NCBI GenBank assembly: GCA_964016885.1
Contig: OZ024745.1
Location: forward strand, 33,604,001-33,668,000
Length of the DNA: 64,000 nucleotides
Origin: Eledone cirrhosa
Taxonomy: Eukaryota
Direction: 5' to 3'
The notes under the pieces are model-generated. The model did no database searches, had not been told where the DNA came from, and saw only the letters and a list, made by a program, of their open reading frames with translations. The position numbers and the translations under genes are program-made. This document shows positions 50,040 through 64,000 of this stretch, piece after piece. The first letter of the stretch is position 1; each line of letters starts with the position of its first letter.

Positions 50040-52032
50040 ATTTATCACATCTGCCTATGCACAACAGATAAGGTGATAGAGATAGTTAGAGATAGACAGA
50101 ATCATCAAGTTTAGATTAACTCTAGGAAATAGAATGGTGACAATTACATCTACCTATGTACAACAGGCAGGTCTGAGTCAAGAACAAAATGACTGGTTCT
50201 ATAAGGAACTTTTATAGACAACCTCAGTTACTGATGAAAGAAACTTCATCATCTTAGCAGGTGACTTCAATGGACATGTTGGACAGTACCAGGATGGATT
50301 CACTGGAGTTTATGGCAGCTATGAGTATGGCTCAAGAAATGAAGAGGGAAGCAGGCTCCTGAAACTGCAATACAAATGAACTAACCATCTGCAATACAAA
50401 TTTCCGGAAACTGGCCAGCCATCTGATCACATACCAATCTGGCAAAAACACAAGCCAGATTGAGTTCTTACTTGTAAAATGAGATAGACAGACAGTAATA
50501 AACGCTAATGCCTTCCCTGGGGAAGCATGTACATCCCAACACAAGTTATTTATTAGTGACATCAGTATAAACACACGACGGAACAAGATGCACAGTATCT
50601 TGTTTGAAGACGGAAGGTTTGGAAGCTAAAGGATGTTACTCTTAAATCCTATTGGATGCATATGACATAGAGGACAACTGGAAATTTTTATGTGAACTAC
50701 TGATGAGAAATGTGATTGGAGTAAAGCACCAGCCAGACAGAAGATGACTTGGTGGTGGAACAGCACAGACGATAGAGTCATTAAAGTCAAGAAACAGGCA
50801 GAGATAGACTGGAAAAATGGGGGTACCAGTGCTCAGTATCAGGAGCTAAGAGAAAAGCTGGATGACAGGTATACATAGCTCAGAAGCTGAAGAAAGAAAG
50901 TTTGCCAATGTCTTGTGATGTGAGGATCAGAGACACGAAGTGTCCCACATTGCAAGGCAGTGTATCAGTATAAATAGGGATGTTGTTGGGGAAAAGTGTA
51001 TTATAAATGACACTGGTGCTCAAAAGAAAGAGGTCTGGACATGTTATGAGAGATTGATGAATGTAGAGAATGAATGGGAAGAAGAGAGACTACACCCAGC
51101 TGACCCAACAGAGGTACCAGCTATTAAAATTGACAGTTATAGGGTCAAAGAAGCAATCAAGGAGATGAAGAATGGTAAAGCTACAGGACAATCAGAGATA
51201 GTTGCTGAGATGCTGAAAGCATTGGGAGAAGTAGGGGCCAAACTAGTAACTTGCATAATCAATCAGATAATACAGGACAGAGTCATACCCAATGACTGGT
51301 GCAGCAGTACAATCATATTTTGCTACAATGGCAAAGGTGATGCCCTAGAAAGGAGCAACTACAGAGGAATAAAACCAATGGACTAAGTTATGTAAGTGAT
51401 GGAAAGAGTTCTAGCATAGCTAATTAGGGAAAGAGTCAAATTAGATGAGATGCAGTCCAGTTTTGTGTCTGGGAAAAGTACTACAGATGTCCTCTTTTTA
51501 GTGAAATAACTATAAGTCCCTAGCCAAGAATAAGTAAGCCACTACATTTAGCTTCTGTTTATCTAGAAAAAGCCTTTGACAGAGTAGCATAATAGCTAGA
51601 ATAAGGATAGGATGGAAGAAATTTAGAGAGATACTCCAATGTTGACAACAAAAGGTTTCTTCCAATGTGCAAATGGACAGCTGCATGACACTTGTGTGCG
51701 AAGTGCTATGCAATGTAAATGTGAAAGAAATGCAGAGCTAGGATGAACTGAAGGAGAAACTGGGCTTAAGAGGAATCTGATGTGGTATGCAATAGAGAAG
51801 ATTGCATTGGTAAGGACATGTGATGCATATAGATGATGATCAGGATATGATGCATATGATGAGCGCCAGGAAATCCCAGTAGAAGGAAGCCGTAATAGTG
51901 ATAGACCAATGAAGGCCTGGGCAGAGGTGGGGAGAGCTGATCTCAAATCACTGTGATTCGCAGAGATGACGAAGGAACTTGATGAGTGGAGAAATGCTGG
52001 GCTGAAATGGATGTAAAAACGATGATGATGAT
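50040..52032 (+). mobile_element. Old, heavily mutated RTE LINE (endonuclease to 3' tail, internally deleted)
   Basis: AGDFNGHVG, RNEEG, ICNTNF, WKLKD, TWWW, GKATGQS, NYRGIK; GATGATGAT tail. Confidence 0.85.
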
Positions 52033-52639
52033 TCAAACAAAACATAAGAGTTCTTACTAAAATTATTATGAAAGGTTTTTAGATCAATATAAACAATTTA
52101 AAACATAGAGCTTAGCATTGTACAATCATGGTTGGTTTCAGGTGGTTTGGTATCAAAAGAAAAATATGAGATTTCACACAGATGCATGCTATCTAATTCA
52201 TGTTGGTAGAAACACAGTGTGGATTAGTCCTGTAGATGGCAATGCTCACAGTCAATTGAATAAATAACTCCTATGTGTCCTTTCCCAATGCACAACAGCT
52301 AATTATGATGTTATTAATGGGTTCTTCATTGCATGTATAGTCACCACTTGATCCTGTGATCCCTATAGTAATGTTTCTGTCTAACAGGTTAATATCATAA
52401 ATTTATTCAACTATTATTAATATTATTACTGCTAATATTCAACGTCCAACAACTCACATACTGCCCACACTACTAACTAAGTCATGCTAATCCTCACAGC
52501 AACATAATGTATAGTACAACACAGGAGCTGCAGAATTGGCAAGGGAATTTGGAAGCCTCCATCACTAACGTTATTTATCTTTCATGGTTGGAATAATGTT
52601 ATGTTCACAGTATTTTATTATCACTATATAAATAGTTTG

Positions 52640-52850
52640 GTAGATTGGAAGAAACAGAGCAGCAGAAACAATACATTGCAGTATTTAGTTATGACTTTCT
52701 ACATTCTGAGTACAAATCCTAGTGAGGTGAACTTTGTCTTTCATCCTTCCAGGGTCAATAAAATAAAGTACCAGTTATGTACTGAGGCTGATATGGCTGA
52801 CTTTCCCTTTCTTCCAAAACTACTGGCCTTGTGCCTGAATTAGAAATCAG
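52640..52850 (+). mobile_element. MetaSINE-like SINE, diverged
   Basis: GAGGTGAACTTTGTCTTTCATCCTTCCAGGGTCAATAAAATAAAGTACCAG..TGGCCTTGTGCCT. Confidence 0.72.
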
Positions 52851-52957
52851 TATACAACTTTCAAAAACCCCCATACAGCCAACACTGTCATGCTAATCCT
52901 TGCAGCAACATAATGAATTGAATATATATGTATGTGTGTATGTGTGTGTATGTGTTA

Positions 52958-53150
52958 GTGAAGGTGCGTGGCTTAGTGGTTACAGCATCGGATTCTCAAT
53001 CGTGAGGTTGTAAGTTTGATTCCTGGACCAGGTGATGTGTTGTGTTCTTGAGCAAGACACTATTTTAAATTGCTCCAGTTTATTCAGCTGTACAAATGAG
53101 TTATGATGTCACTGGTGTCAAGCTGTATCGGACTTTGCCTTTCCCTTTTT
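52958..53150 (+). mobile_element. tRNA/CORE SINE, different tail
   Basis: TGGCTTAGTGG, GTTTGATTCC, TTCTTGAGCAAGACAC. Confidence 0.75.
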
Positions 53151-54131
53151 TTCAGTCGAAAGAATACATTATCTAATATGTCCTTCTTTTTATGATGTTA
53201 CAGAGTGATATGAAGGATGTTTAGTTGCTATTTTTCTCTTCATGTTTCCCTTCTCACAGTTTTCTCTATGATCAACTTTATTATTAGTTACTACTATCAT
53301 ATGACTCCTCTAAAATTTGTGACCTGCTACTTATGTTAGATATTATTATCATCACCTTTATTACTGTTAGATGTTAGATAGGGCATTGAACTGCAGAAAC
53401 CATGCCAAAATATGGGACATATGAGCAAAACATGGTTATCTGCACACCAATGAGAGCATGAGCAAACAGATGTAAAATGATGACAGTTGTTTTATAAACA
53501 AGAAAAAAATATCTTAGAAATCTTATTTAGATTTGTTAGACTGATATTTCAGGAAAGAAATGAAACGAGACATTTGTAAAAGAGAAAAAATTACTTACTT
53601 TTAGAAGATCAAGCACTTAATACTATAAACAACAACACATGCACACACGCACACAATCTTTATAAAGCCAGAAGCATTTGGCTTCTTGTTTGATACCTGT
53701 TGCCTTGCCCCCCCATGACAAACCTTTGGATCATATAGGAACAGGATGGCATTTAAATATGTCACTGCACCTGCCCCACCACCACCACATACATACGTGT
53801 ACAACCAGTCAGTGTATCTTCCCCACCATCACATACATACAACCAGTCATTGCATGACACAGTGTAGAGCATGCTTCAAGTCTAGGCAGAGGCATTCTTT
53901 ACAATCTGATGCTTGAGATCTGAAAGAATTTTTTTTTTTTTTCACCAAACATTTTGTTATTGCCTCTTAGCCATAAGATATTCATTAGAAATATCAATTT
54001 ATATACTTTAATCCTTTTATTGGGTTCATTCATTAAACTGTGGCCACTATAAAAGGATTTAGTCACATTTTGTTGAAATACTATGCTATGGAACATAAAT
54101 GCAGACACAAATGTAAACACATTTATGGACA

Positions 54132-54169
<38 letters not shown>

Positions 54170-54732
54170 GGCAGGCTTCTGCATTTTTAGTCAATAAAAT
54201 TTCACTTACAAGGCATTGGTTAATCTGAGGATATAGAAGACACTTGTCCAAACTGCAGTAGGAGTGAAACCCATGAAACCCTTAAAAATACAGCTATGTC
54301 TGTGCCTTAGATACTGGTGGGGTTGTCATGATATATAGCATATCTGCTAGCAGGGAAAATGGACGTTAAATGATGATGATGATATATATATATATATATA
54401 AAGCAATGATAACAATAACAATAACTGCTCTCAATTACAACTACTTTCTAGAAATCCTATCAACCTTTATATCCAATCCAATAAATAATAGTTCCAGCAA
54501 AATATATACATTACAAATTATGGATTGTATTGGCACTATCTATTAAAGAGATCTTGATCCATTTTCCGCATATACATAAAAATAAAGCAAATAAATTAAA
54601 TAGGTTCTTGTTAATGGCTCTGAACACTGTTTTCTAAATCTAAAACAGTGTACGTTTATTTATAACTTTGCTCAGTCGAAAAATTCTCTGATCATCATCA
54701 CCATCATCATATTATATCATCATCTCTGTTAT

Positions 54733-54945
54733 TGGCAGTATTGGTAGAGCATCAAATAACATGCTTTATGGCATCGAGTTAGGTCCCTTTACTTTCTGAG
54801 TTCAAATCCCATTAACATTAGCTTTGCCTTTCATCCTTACAGGGTCAATAAAATAAAGCACCAGTAATGCACTGGGGTCGATTTAATTGACTTTCCTCTC
54901 TCAAAATTTCTGGCCTTATGCCTAAATCAGAAATCATTATTATTA
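54733..54945 (+). mobile_element. MetaSINE-like SINE, full length
   Basis: TGGCAGTATTGGTAG, GAGTTCAAATCCC, Meta-like domain, (ATT)n tail. Confidence 0.78.
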
Positions 54946-55629
54946 TTCTGTTTCACCAGGAAGATGAAGTGAATAATGTATAGATTAACCCTTTAGCATT
55001 CACATTACTCTATATATAGTATTATATTTTCATGGTAAAGGCTTTACCTTGCATAATTATCTTACATAATATCGAATCTATGAGATTTTGAAAGTATTTA
55101 TTTTGAGAACAATACCTTAACATCAGTTTGAGCGACCAGTTACAGCCAGTTTCAACAGAAAGAGGTAGAGAATTCTGGCCAGTTTTGACCGGTTTGACCA
55201 TTAAGGAGTTAAGGAGTAGATGGACTTCAAGAACAGTCTATGAACTGTCTATGAATATGTTAACTTCCAGAAGGACATGGGTCCTTTCTCAACAGGCACC
55301 TTCAAGACTAAACATATTTTCAAAGTAGTTGGCCAGGTGGCCAGTGTCATATGGGGTGTCCTGATCAAACCTGTCAGTTTCTCACCTGTATATGGGTGGA
55401 TGACTTATTTGTTTTTTATTTTATTTATATCTATCATCATCATCATCATCAGCATCATTTTATGTCTACAACCCCCCTCCCCCACACACTGGAATTGTTT
55501 GGATAGTTTGACCAAGTCAGTAGTTTATTGGAGTTACTGTCCTGCTAGATAGGTTGGGGGACCACGTCTCAATATATTCATTTATTAGTGTAAATTTCAA
55601 AGCAAAAACATTTCTTTTATACCTTCTAA

Positions 55630-55710
55630 TATTTTTAGATCTTTATATTTGGATAATTTTTCCATTTCTTTCAGAGATATATTGTCATCTGTAGGGACTG
55701 ATACATCAAT
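55630..55710 (-). pseudogene. Short restriction-like endonuclease fragment of an R4/R2-group non-LTR element
   Basis: IDVSVPTDDNISLKEMEKLSKYKDL. Confidence 0.65.
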
Positions 55711-56240
55711 CATCATCATCACCACCACCACAACCACCACCACCACCACCACCACCATTACTGCTGTTGCCAGCACCATCACCATTATTATCAATAATAT
55801 ATTGGATGGTGAAGCAGTAATAGAACAGCCACCTACTGAAACTGTATTTTTAGTATCATCACTACTGCCACAATGAGACAAGCAATTATGCTATCATCAT
55901 CATCTTCATCATCATCACTACTGTATGTTATCACTGCCACCACTGATTCCACCACCACCACTATCACAGCTGCCTCCACCACAACCACCATCATCATCAT
56001 TATAACTACTTTACTATAATAACCCCCATAATCTCCACATTCACTTTTGTCAGCATTGTCATTATCATAATCATCATAACTTTTATCAGCCTCATCAACA
56101 CCATCATCATTGCCATCACCATCAACACCATCATCATCAGTACTTGTCTTGCTCACCATCATCTTTATGATTACTTTACCACCACCACCATCACAACTAT
56201 TGCCATCTTTACCACCATCACCTCCATAATCATCAGTGAA
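55710..56240. repeat. (CAT/CAC)n low-complexity region
   Basis: Direct reading. Confidence 0.85.
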
Positions 56241-56439
56241 GGAAGTACTCTAAACTCCACAAGCTCAACGTTCTCTTCCACTCAAATGAAATGACAAGCT
56301 ATTATGATCATCTAATCAATATTTAACCAATGTGGAACAGCAAAGCAGACACATAACTGATGGGGAAAAGATAGCAAGTGGCAAGATAAACCTCAAGAAG
56401 ATTGGTATCTGGAATAGTCATGATTTTTAAACTATACAT

Positions 56440-56900
56440 TGAGAATTATTTATATCTATAGGATAGGAGGAACATATGGGGAAGGGGAACTTTAGGAAAG
56501 GAAGATTTAATAGATATAGTGCAAAGATATGGAATTTTATATAGGTTTTCAGGATAGGAGGATTAAAGGAATATATCCCTTAAGATATGAGATTTAATAT
56601 GGGCTTTCAAGGAAGATGGATTAGGTAGGGTGTTTTATGTGGTTTTCTAACCCCTAAAAATTGAAGGGATATATGGGAAATAATGTGAGTTTCCAGGCTA
56701 GGATGATTAAAAGGATAAAGCATTAAGATATGAGAACTTACTGAAAGAAGGATTAAAGGGAATTAGCCCTAGAATATGGGTATATAAGTGAGTTTTCAGA
56801 CAGGAAAATTAAAGGGTATAAGCCCTAAAATACTGGACATGAAAGCATTAAAGGGACATAACTGAAAAAAAAAAGTTAAATAGTCTCTAAGAGAGAGGCT
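56440..56900. repeat. Degenerate purine-rich minisatellite
   Basis: Recurrent GGATTAAAGG..CCCT..AAGATATG units. Confidence 0.55.
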
Positions 56901-57729
56901 ATTTTGAAGTGATGTAGTTCCAGGAAAGAAGGAACAGTGTACATTATACAGTGCAAGATTTTGGAACAGTGATGTGGTTTGAATGAGGAGAGATAGGTTT
57001 AGTTGATATATAGATACATATATGCACACATGTATATACGTGTCCCAATTTTAAAATAGGTACTCAGTATGCCTGTGCATTGAAGGAAGTGACAAAAATG
57101 CTTAGTGCCAGGAAGGCATCTGGCTGTAAAGCGCCTCAAAAGACCCTGTCCAACCCATGCCCAGTATAGAAGAATGGATATACAAACGTTGATGATGATG
57201 ATACCCCACTGTTTTTTTAGCAGCCTCATATAACCAATAACAGCACTGATGCTACTGCAGCTGTTTAAGAGCGATGTCAACCCTGTCAAACTCATCAACC
57301 TTGGAAGGGATGTAGACCAACTCATAAAGAAAAAAAAAATAGACAAAACATGCATTAAAGGTTGATGATGATGATGATGATACCAATACCACTGCAGTTG
57401 CTAATGATTATGACACCTACTCAACTTAAATTTTAAGTAAACAGCATAACCAAGGACTATTCTTTGGCCTACATGTGAGAATTGGTCAGCTTAATCTATT
57501 TGACACCAAAACACCCAAAATTGACCACTGATTCTACAATACAAAACTGTTTATATCTATCTAAAACCCTTCCATCAGAATTTTATTCTCCAAACATTAG
57601 CTTAATAATAAAGAAGTTATGTTACTAAATCCCTCCAAATTCTGGATTATTTTCACACTGATTTGAAAATAATAGCCAGCACCTTTAATTAGAAATATGG
57701 CAAAGAAAGGGTTGAAATTGGAACGTTAC

Positions 57730-57842
57730 CTTTTCTTTAATGACAGATTCATAACTGAATGATGACAACCTGGCATCTTGTTCACAGCTGTTGAAGTCAA
57801 TCTGCAAAGTGCCAAATTTACTAGCTAGCAGTTGAATGTCAT
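57730..57842 (-). CDS. Candidate 113-bp internal exon of an unidentified host gene
   Basis: Acceptor TTTTAATGTTACAG, donor AAG|GTAACG, open frame DIQLLASKFGTLQIDFNSCEQDARLSSFSYESVIKEK; appears non-repetitive within the window. Confidence 0.4.
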
Positions 57843-58479
57843 CTGTAACATTAAAATTATATGCAAAGTTTCACCACATGAATTTTAACAAGATAATATT
57901 TCAAATTAACAAAATTTTAACAAAATAATATTTCAAATTAAAATGTAAAAGACAAAAACAAAAGATTTATGAAACAGTTATAATAGATGTTTGACAATAC
58001 TGTGTCCCTTTGTTGTGTTGGTACCAGGCCAAGGTAGTGAATTGGTAGAATTAATCGAGTGATGAAGAAGATGCCTTGCAGTACTTGTTCTGCCACTGTT
58101 TAGTTCTGAGTTTAACCCTTTAGCAGTTAAACTGACCATATCCAACCAGAATTCTCTCTCCTCCTTCTGTTTAAACAGGCTGAAACCAGCTACTCATACT
58201 TATTTTATACATATGTGCATATATGTATCTATATATCAACTAAACCTGTCTCCCCTCATTCAAACCACATCACTGTTCCAAAATCTTGCACTGTATAATG
58301 TACAGTTCCTTCTTCCCTGGAACTACATCACTTCAAAATAAATAATATCAAAATCGCATAGATTCGATATTATGTGAGATATTATGTAGGATAAAGACTT
58401 TACCGAGAAAATACAACAGTATATATAGAGTAATGCTGTTGTCTACTTGTATAGTTCTTTGTTTGACCTCCATTACTTC

Positions 58480-58722
58480 TGACGAGTGTCCCAGTTGTTC
58501 AAACAATGAAACAGCTTGCTCATGAAATTAACGTGCAAATGGCTGAGCATTTCACAGACAGTGTGAAACAAGGCCGGCCCACTGAATTACATCTACAACT
58601 CATTTTTTACCAGATAAGTGGAGTGGAGCAACGTGAAATAAAATGTCTTGCTAAAGAACACAATGCACTCTTAGGAAGTGAACTCATGATCTTACGATTG
58701 TAATCCAAATACCCTAACCATT
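58480..58722 (-). mobile_element. tRNA/CORE SINE, diverged
   Basis: TGGTTAGGG..GAGTTCACTTCC..TTCTTTAGCAAGACATTTTATTTCACGTTGCTCCA. Confidence 0.72.
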
Positions 58723-58899
58723 ATTCAATGAAAAGTTTGTAGGCTAACTGGGAAATCTTGACACCAGCACTACAGAGGTTGTCACATGCTCAGCCAGACT
58801 GAAAAGTCCTCTTAAAACTTATATTGCCTTTGATTGCCAAATAGTGTAACTGCCTATCTCTCACAATGGTTACTTTTTAGTATCACAGTGCTTGCACTA

Positions 58900-59225
58900 G
58901 TTAAGATGTCTTTTGTATTATGGCATATCACCAATCAGCTTAGTCCTGTGACATCTCTTTTGTGAGATTCAGTTTTCAGCTTTGTCTCATGTCTTTCTTG
59001 GTTCCCTCTCCTACATGTTTCATCTACTTCAAGCACTCAGGACACTGCTTTTTTATACAATTCTCACTCTCCTTACACATCACATGACCATACCAGTTCA
59101 AACGTCTCTCTTGCATGCTATATTCAATCCCTCTTATACTCAACTTTTCTCTCAGTTCACTCCTGTTCTGTTATTCAGGCACACTAACATTACATATTCA
59201 GTGAAGCATGCATGTTTCCCTGGAG
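58900..59225 (-). mobile_element. Old RTE 3' ORF fragment
   Basis: ELREKLSIRGI..ERRLNWYGHV. Confidence 0.7.
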
Positions 59226-59749
59226 AGATTGGTGAAGAAACTGAATATGATTTAATCCATTGTAAAACAAGTTATGTACTAGTCTATTATGATATATAAT
59301 AGACCCATGCATGTACATATACATCTACATCTCATATAACAGATATACATAGTTATTCATATATTACTTGACAATAGACTATAATTAATATTGTTTTTAG
59401 CTAGTGACATAGATTAGATTGATCTATTGTATTAAAGGAAACCAAGCATAACATGTTTTATATATCATGACTTCCCAGATGTTAATATATTTCTTTATCT
59501 CATGTCACCCATATTTTTCAATCTTTCTATGAAAGCCATACATATGGACATCCATCTGAGTATCTACTAACCTATCTATCAATCAATCTATCTATTATAT
59601 ATATTATAATCTACCTATATATATCAATCTATGTATCTATCTGTCTATCCATCTATCTATTTATTCACCAACCTAACCATCTTCCTTACTCTATCTATCT
59701 ACCTATATATCTATCCATCTGTCTATTTATCTACTTATCCACCTACTAA

Positions 59750-59870
59750 CCCGGAGCAGAGATGGCTACCCACATGTGTGAGCCTTGTGAGATGGAGTGG
59801 CTGTTCCAGCTCGTCTCTCTTGCCATCTTCCGGATCAATGTCTTCTCCATCCTGTCTGCCAGGACCACGA
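59750..59870 (+). mobile_element. Small 3' fragment of the CRE-clade element
   Basis: CEPCEMEWLFQLVSLAIFRINVFSILSA versus CEPRELEWLFQRVYLVILRGNSFSILSA at 35350-35435. Confidence 0.75.
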
Positions 59871-60929
59871 GGCTGGCTGACCCTTCAGTTTCATTTATGG
59901 TGGTGGCATGTGGAATGGATTTACTTGCATTTTATTATAATGTAAACTACTGATTGAGACTACTGATGTGTGGTAATTCATCTATGTATTATATTTTTTA
60001 TATCTAGCTGGTATAAATGTACCCATATATACTCAAGTATTTGACATTAGACAATAGAATGAGAATACATACACACTATCTATATCTATATGAGTGTGTT
60101 TGTATGCATATGTATTGCAATATTGGGAAAGTTTTTTTTCCTGTTTGTTGCCTTCTCTTACAACAAACATTATCACCATCTTATTGATCATAATTGAAAT
60201 ATCAGGCTGGGTGAGGTGACAAAAGTTAGAAGAATATTAATAGAGAAGTAACAAGTGACATATTAGGTGAGTAGCAACTGCTTCAAACTCTAGTCTTACT
60301 TGTGTGAACAACTAATCACATTACTTTCCCCCAAATAACGCTAGAAGGAAGCCAATGTAGCTTTTATTGCCATCATACTGGATTTCAGTTTGTGAAAAAA
60401 AGAAAAAAAAAAAAAACTCAATATTATTGCAGCTTGTATGATTTACTTATTTTCATTGTTCTTTATATATATATATATATAGTGATATATACATACACAT
60501 ACCCGCTCCCCACCAGACTCTCACACTTACATCCATGCATACACACACAAAAACGTACATCTACACACACACACACCTCAACTTCTGCGATCCCTGCTTA
60601 GACGCAGTTTTTCCTTCCCCTTCACGCATCACCACACATGTGTCCTCCAAGATCCATACACCCCTCTCACTTCCTAATATTCTGTTTTTTTACAACTTCT
60701 ATTTTCCACTTCATGTCCTATTTACTCCTGGATTTGTTTGCTTTTTGTTTTCCGAACTATATATATATATATCATCATCGTTTAACATCCATCTTCCATG
60801 CTAGCATGGGTTAGATGGTTTTGTTCCATTTGATGTGGGATTGGTCGAGAGTGTATCTCGCTTGTATGGAAGTGTCCTTCCAAAGTTTCCCTTAGGATAG
60901 CTGGGGCCAACAGCAGAAAAGAACGACAC

Positions 60930-62597
<1,668 letters not shown>

Positions 62598-64000
62598 TAT
62601 ATATATATATAAGCAAAGAGATATTTGGTTATTCAACAAATTTATTTATAACAGATTCGAAGCACTCTACAGATTTTCTGGAGTATAATATCAATGATAT
62701 TAATAAATGGAAACTATATTTATAAAACCATATTTATTTTATTATATATATTTCAAGGGTACCAACATTTTGGTACGCTCACATCAGATAAAATACAAAA
62801 TTTGTTTTATAAATGGTGACATACCCAAGAAACCAGACCTTATCAGTTCAGGTTCAGTTTGGATAGTGAAAGAAAAATTTCAAATCTTTAGGATGAATAT
62901 GTAAATGAGGTTGAAACATAAGGCTGAAAAAAGATCGTTATATGAATTTAAATAATTATTAGGATAATTTATAAATGGAAGAAGTAAAAAAAGAAAAAAA
63001 GAGGCTAATATTAATACTATGGTGTAAAAAAATTTAAGGAATAATTATAAGAAAAAATTATAGTTAGAAACACACTATTATTATTAAGATAAAATTGTAT
63101 GGTGTAAAGAGAGTGATATAATTATATTTAATTATTTAATTATATAATCATATATTTTGGTAGTATCTATAAAATAATATGAGAGTTAAGAATGTGTTGA
63201 AGTGGTAGAATACCAATTTAAAATTTCTTTTAAAAATTGAAATATACAACAAATTATTGGATCTATTCAAATCATAAGTTGTAATATTATATAGTTAATA
63301 TTTATAAGTATATTTTAGTTTATTATATTACAACGGGTTATTTATATAAATATTTTTGGTGAGTATATGTTGTTGTTTTCACTAGATAGATAAATTAAAT
63401 ATTTTCATATATGTTATATATGTTAAGAGTTATGAAGAATTTTGTGTTTACATTTTCAATATATAGTTAAGAAAAGGGCGTAGTTATAAATTTTATTTGA
63501 GAAGATTATTTTGTACATTCAGATAGTTCAATCAAGATAGAAAACATTTGCAAAAAAATTTATTAAGTCAACGAAAATAAATATTTATGTAAAGTTTGGT
63601 TGTTACGTAGAAGGAATGTTTAAGCGTGTTACATTATAAAGGAAAATATAACTCCAATGTTTCTTAGTTAAAATAATTATGTTACATTTGTCATTTAATT
63701 CTAGAATTTACTTTTAAAGAAATATACAATTAAGATATTTGCGGAATATAAGAAAAAAAATTTAATATATTATTTTGTATATGATTATAAGGTATTTTAT
63801 ATTAGATGTTTTCAAAGATGAGAATTCTTTTATATATGTATTTAGATAGTATTAACTACATTAATGCATGTGTTTAATTCTATATAGTGAAAAAATATTA
63901 TTACAGACATCATAAGTATATTTAGAAACATTATCAAAATTATCCCCAAAAAGATATATTTCAAAATATCATTGAAAACCATTAAAAAGAATATCATTTG

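Noticed and set aside
55597-56162. Acidic/Val-rich ORFs
   Set aside because: (CAT/CAC)n low complexity, apart from the small REL fragment.
58476-58530. CTGACGA..GAAACAGC hammerhead-like match
   Set aside because: Lies on the antisense of a diverged SINE tail and the stems do not pair; likely chance.
60290-60420. Possible minus-strand exon after a polypyrimidine tract
   Set aside because: The AG is far from the tract and the frames close quickly; unsupported.

Overview
AT-rich animal genomic DNA, most likely a cephalopod (octopus-like SINE, RTE and microsatellite repertoire; this is inference). It consists almost entirely of nested mobile elements, and no complete host gene is visible (one candidate minus-strand exon at 57730-57842). 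Contents: CR1/L2-group LINEs (one nested in another with an 18-bp TSD), several RTE LINE copies with their tRNA/CORE SINE partners, MetaSINE-like SINEs, at least seven Penelope-like elements (PLEs) of three types, a GC-rich CRE-clade element, a gypsy RT relic, TTAA MITEs and a 1.6-kb IR/DR Tc1 transposon. The main hidden signal is about a dozen type I hammerhead-ribozyme motifs between 7 and 47 kb. Some lie in PLE pseudo-LTRs or 3' UTRs. Others lie in several unrelated 0.1-1.3 kb non-coding elements with direct or fold-back terminal repeats that sit in (TA)n tracts, i.e. a diverse set of retrozyme-like parasites of PLEs. Fold-back palindromes and head-to-head PLE/LINE junctions recur. All structures were read by eye and not computed.
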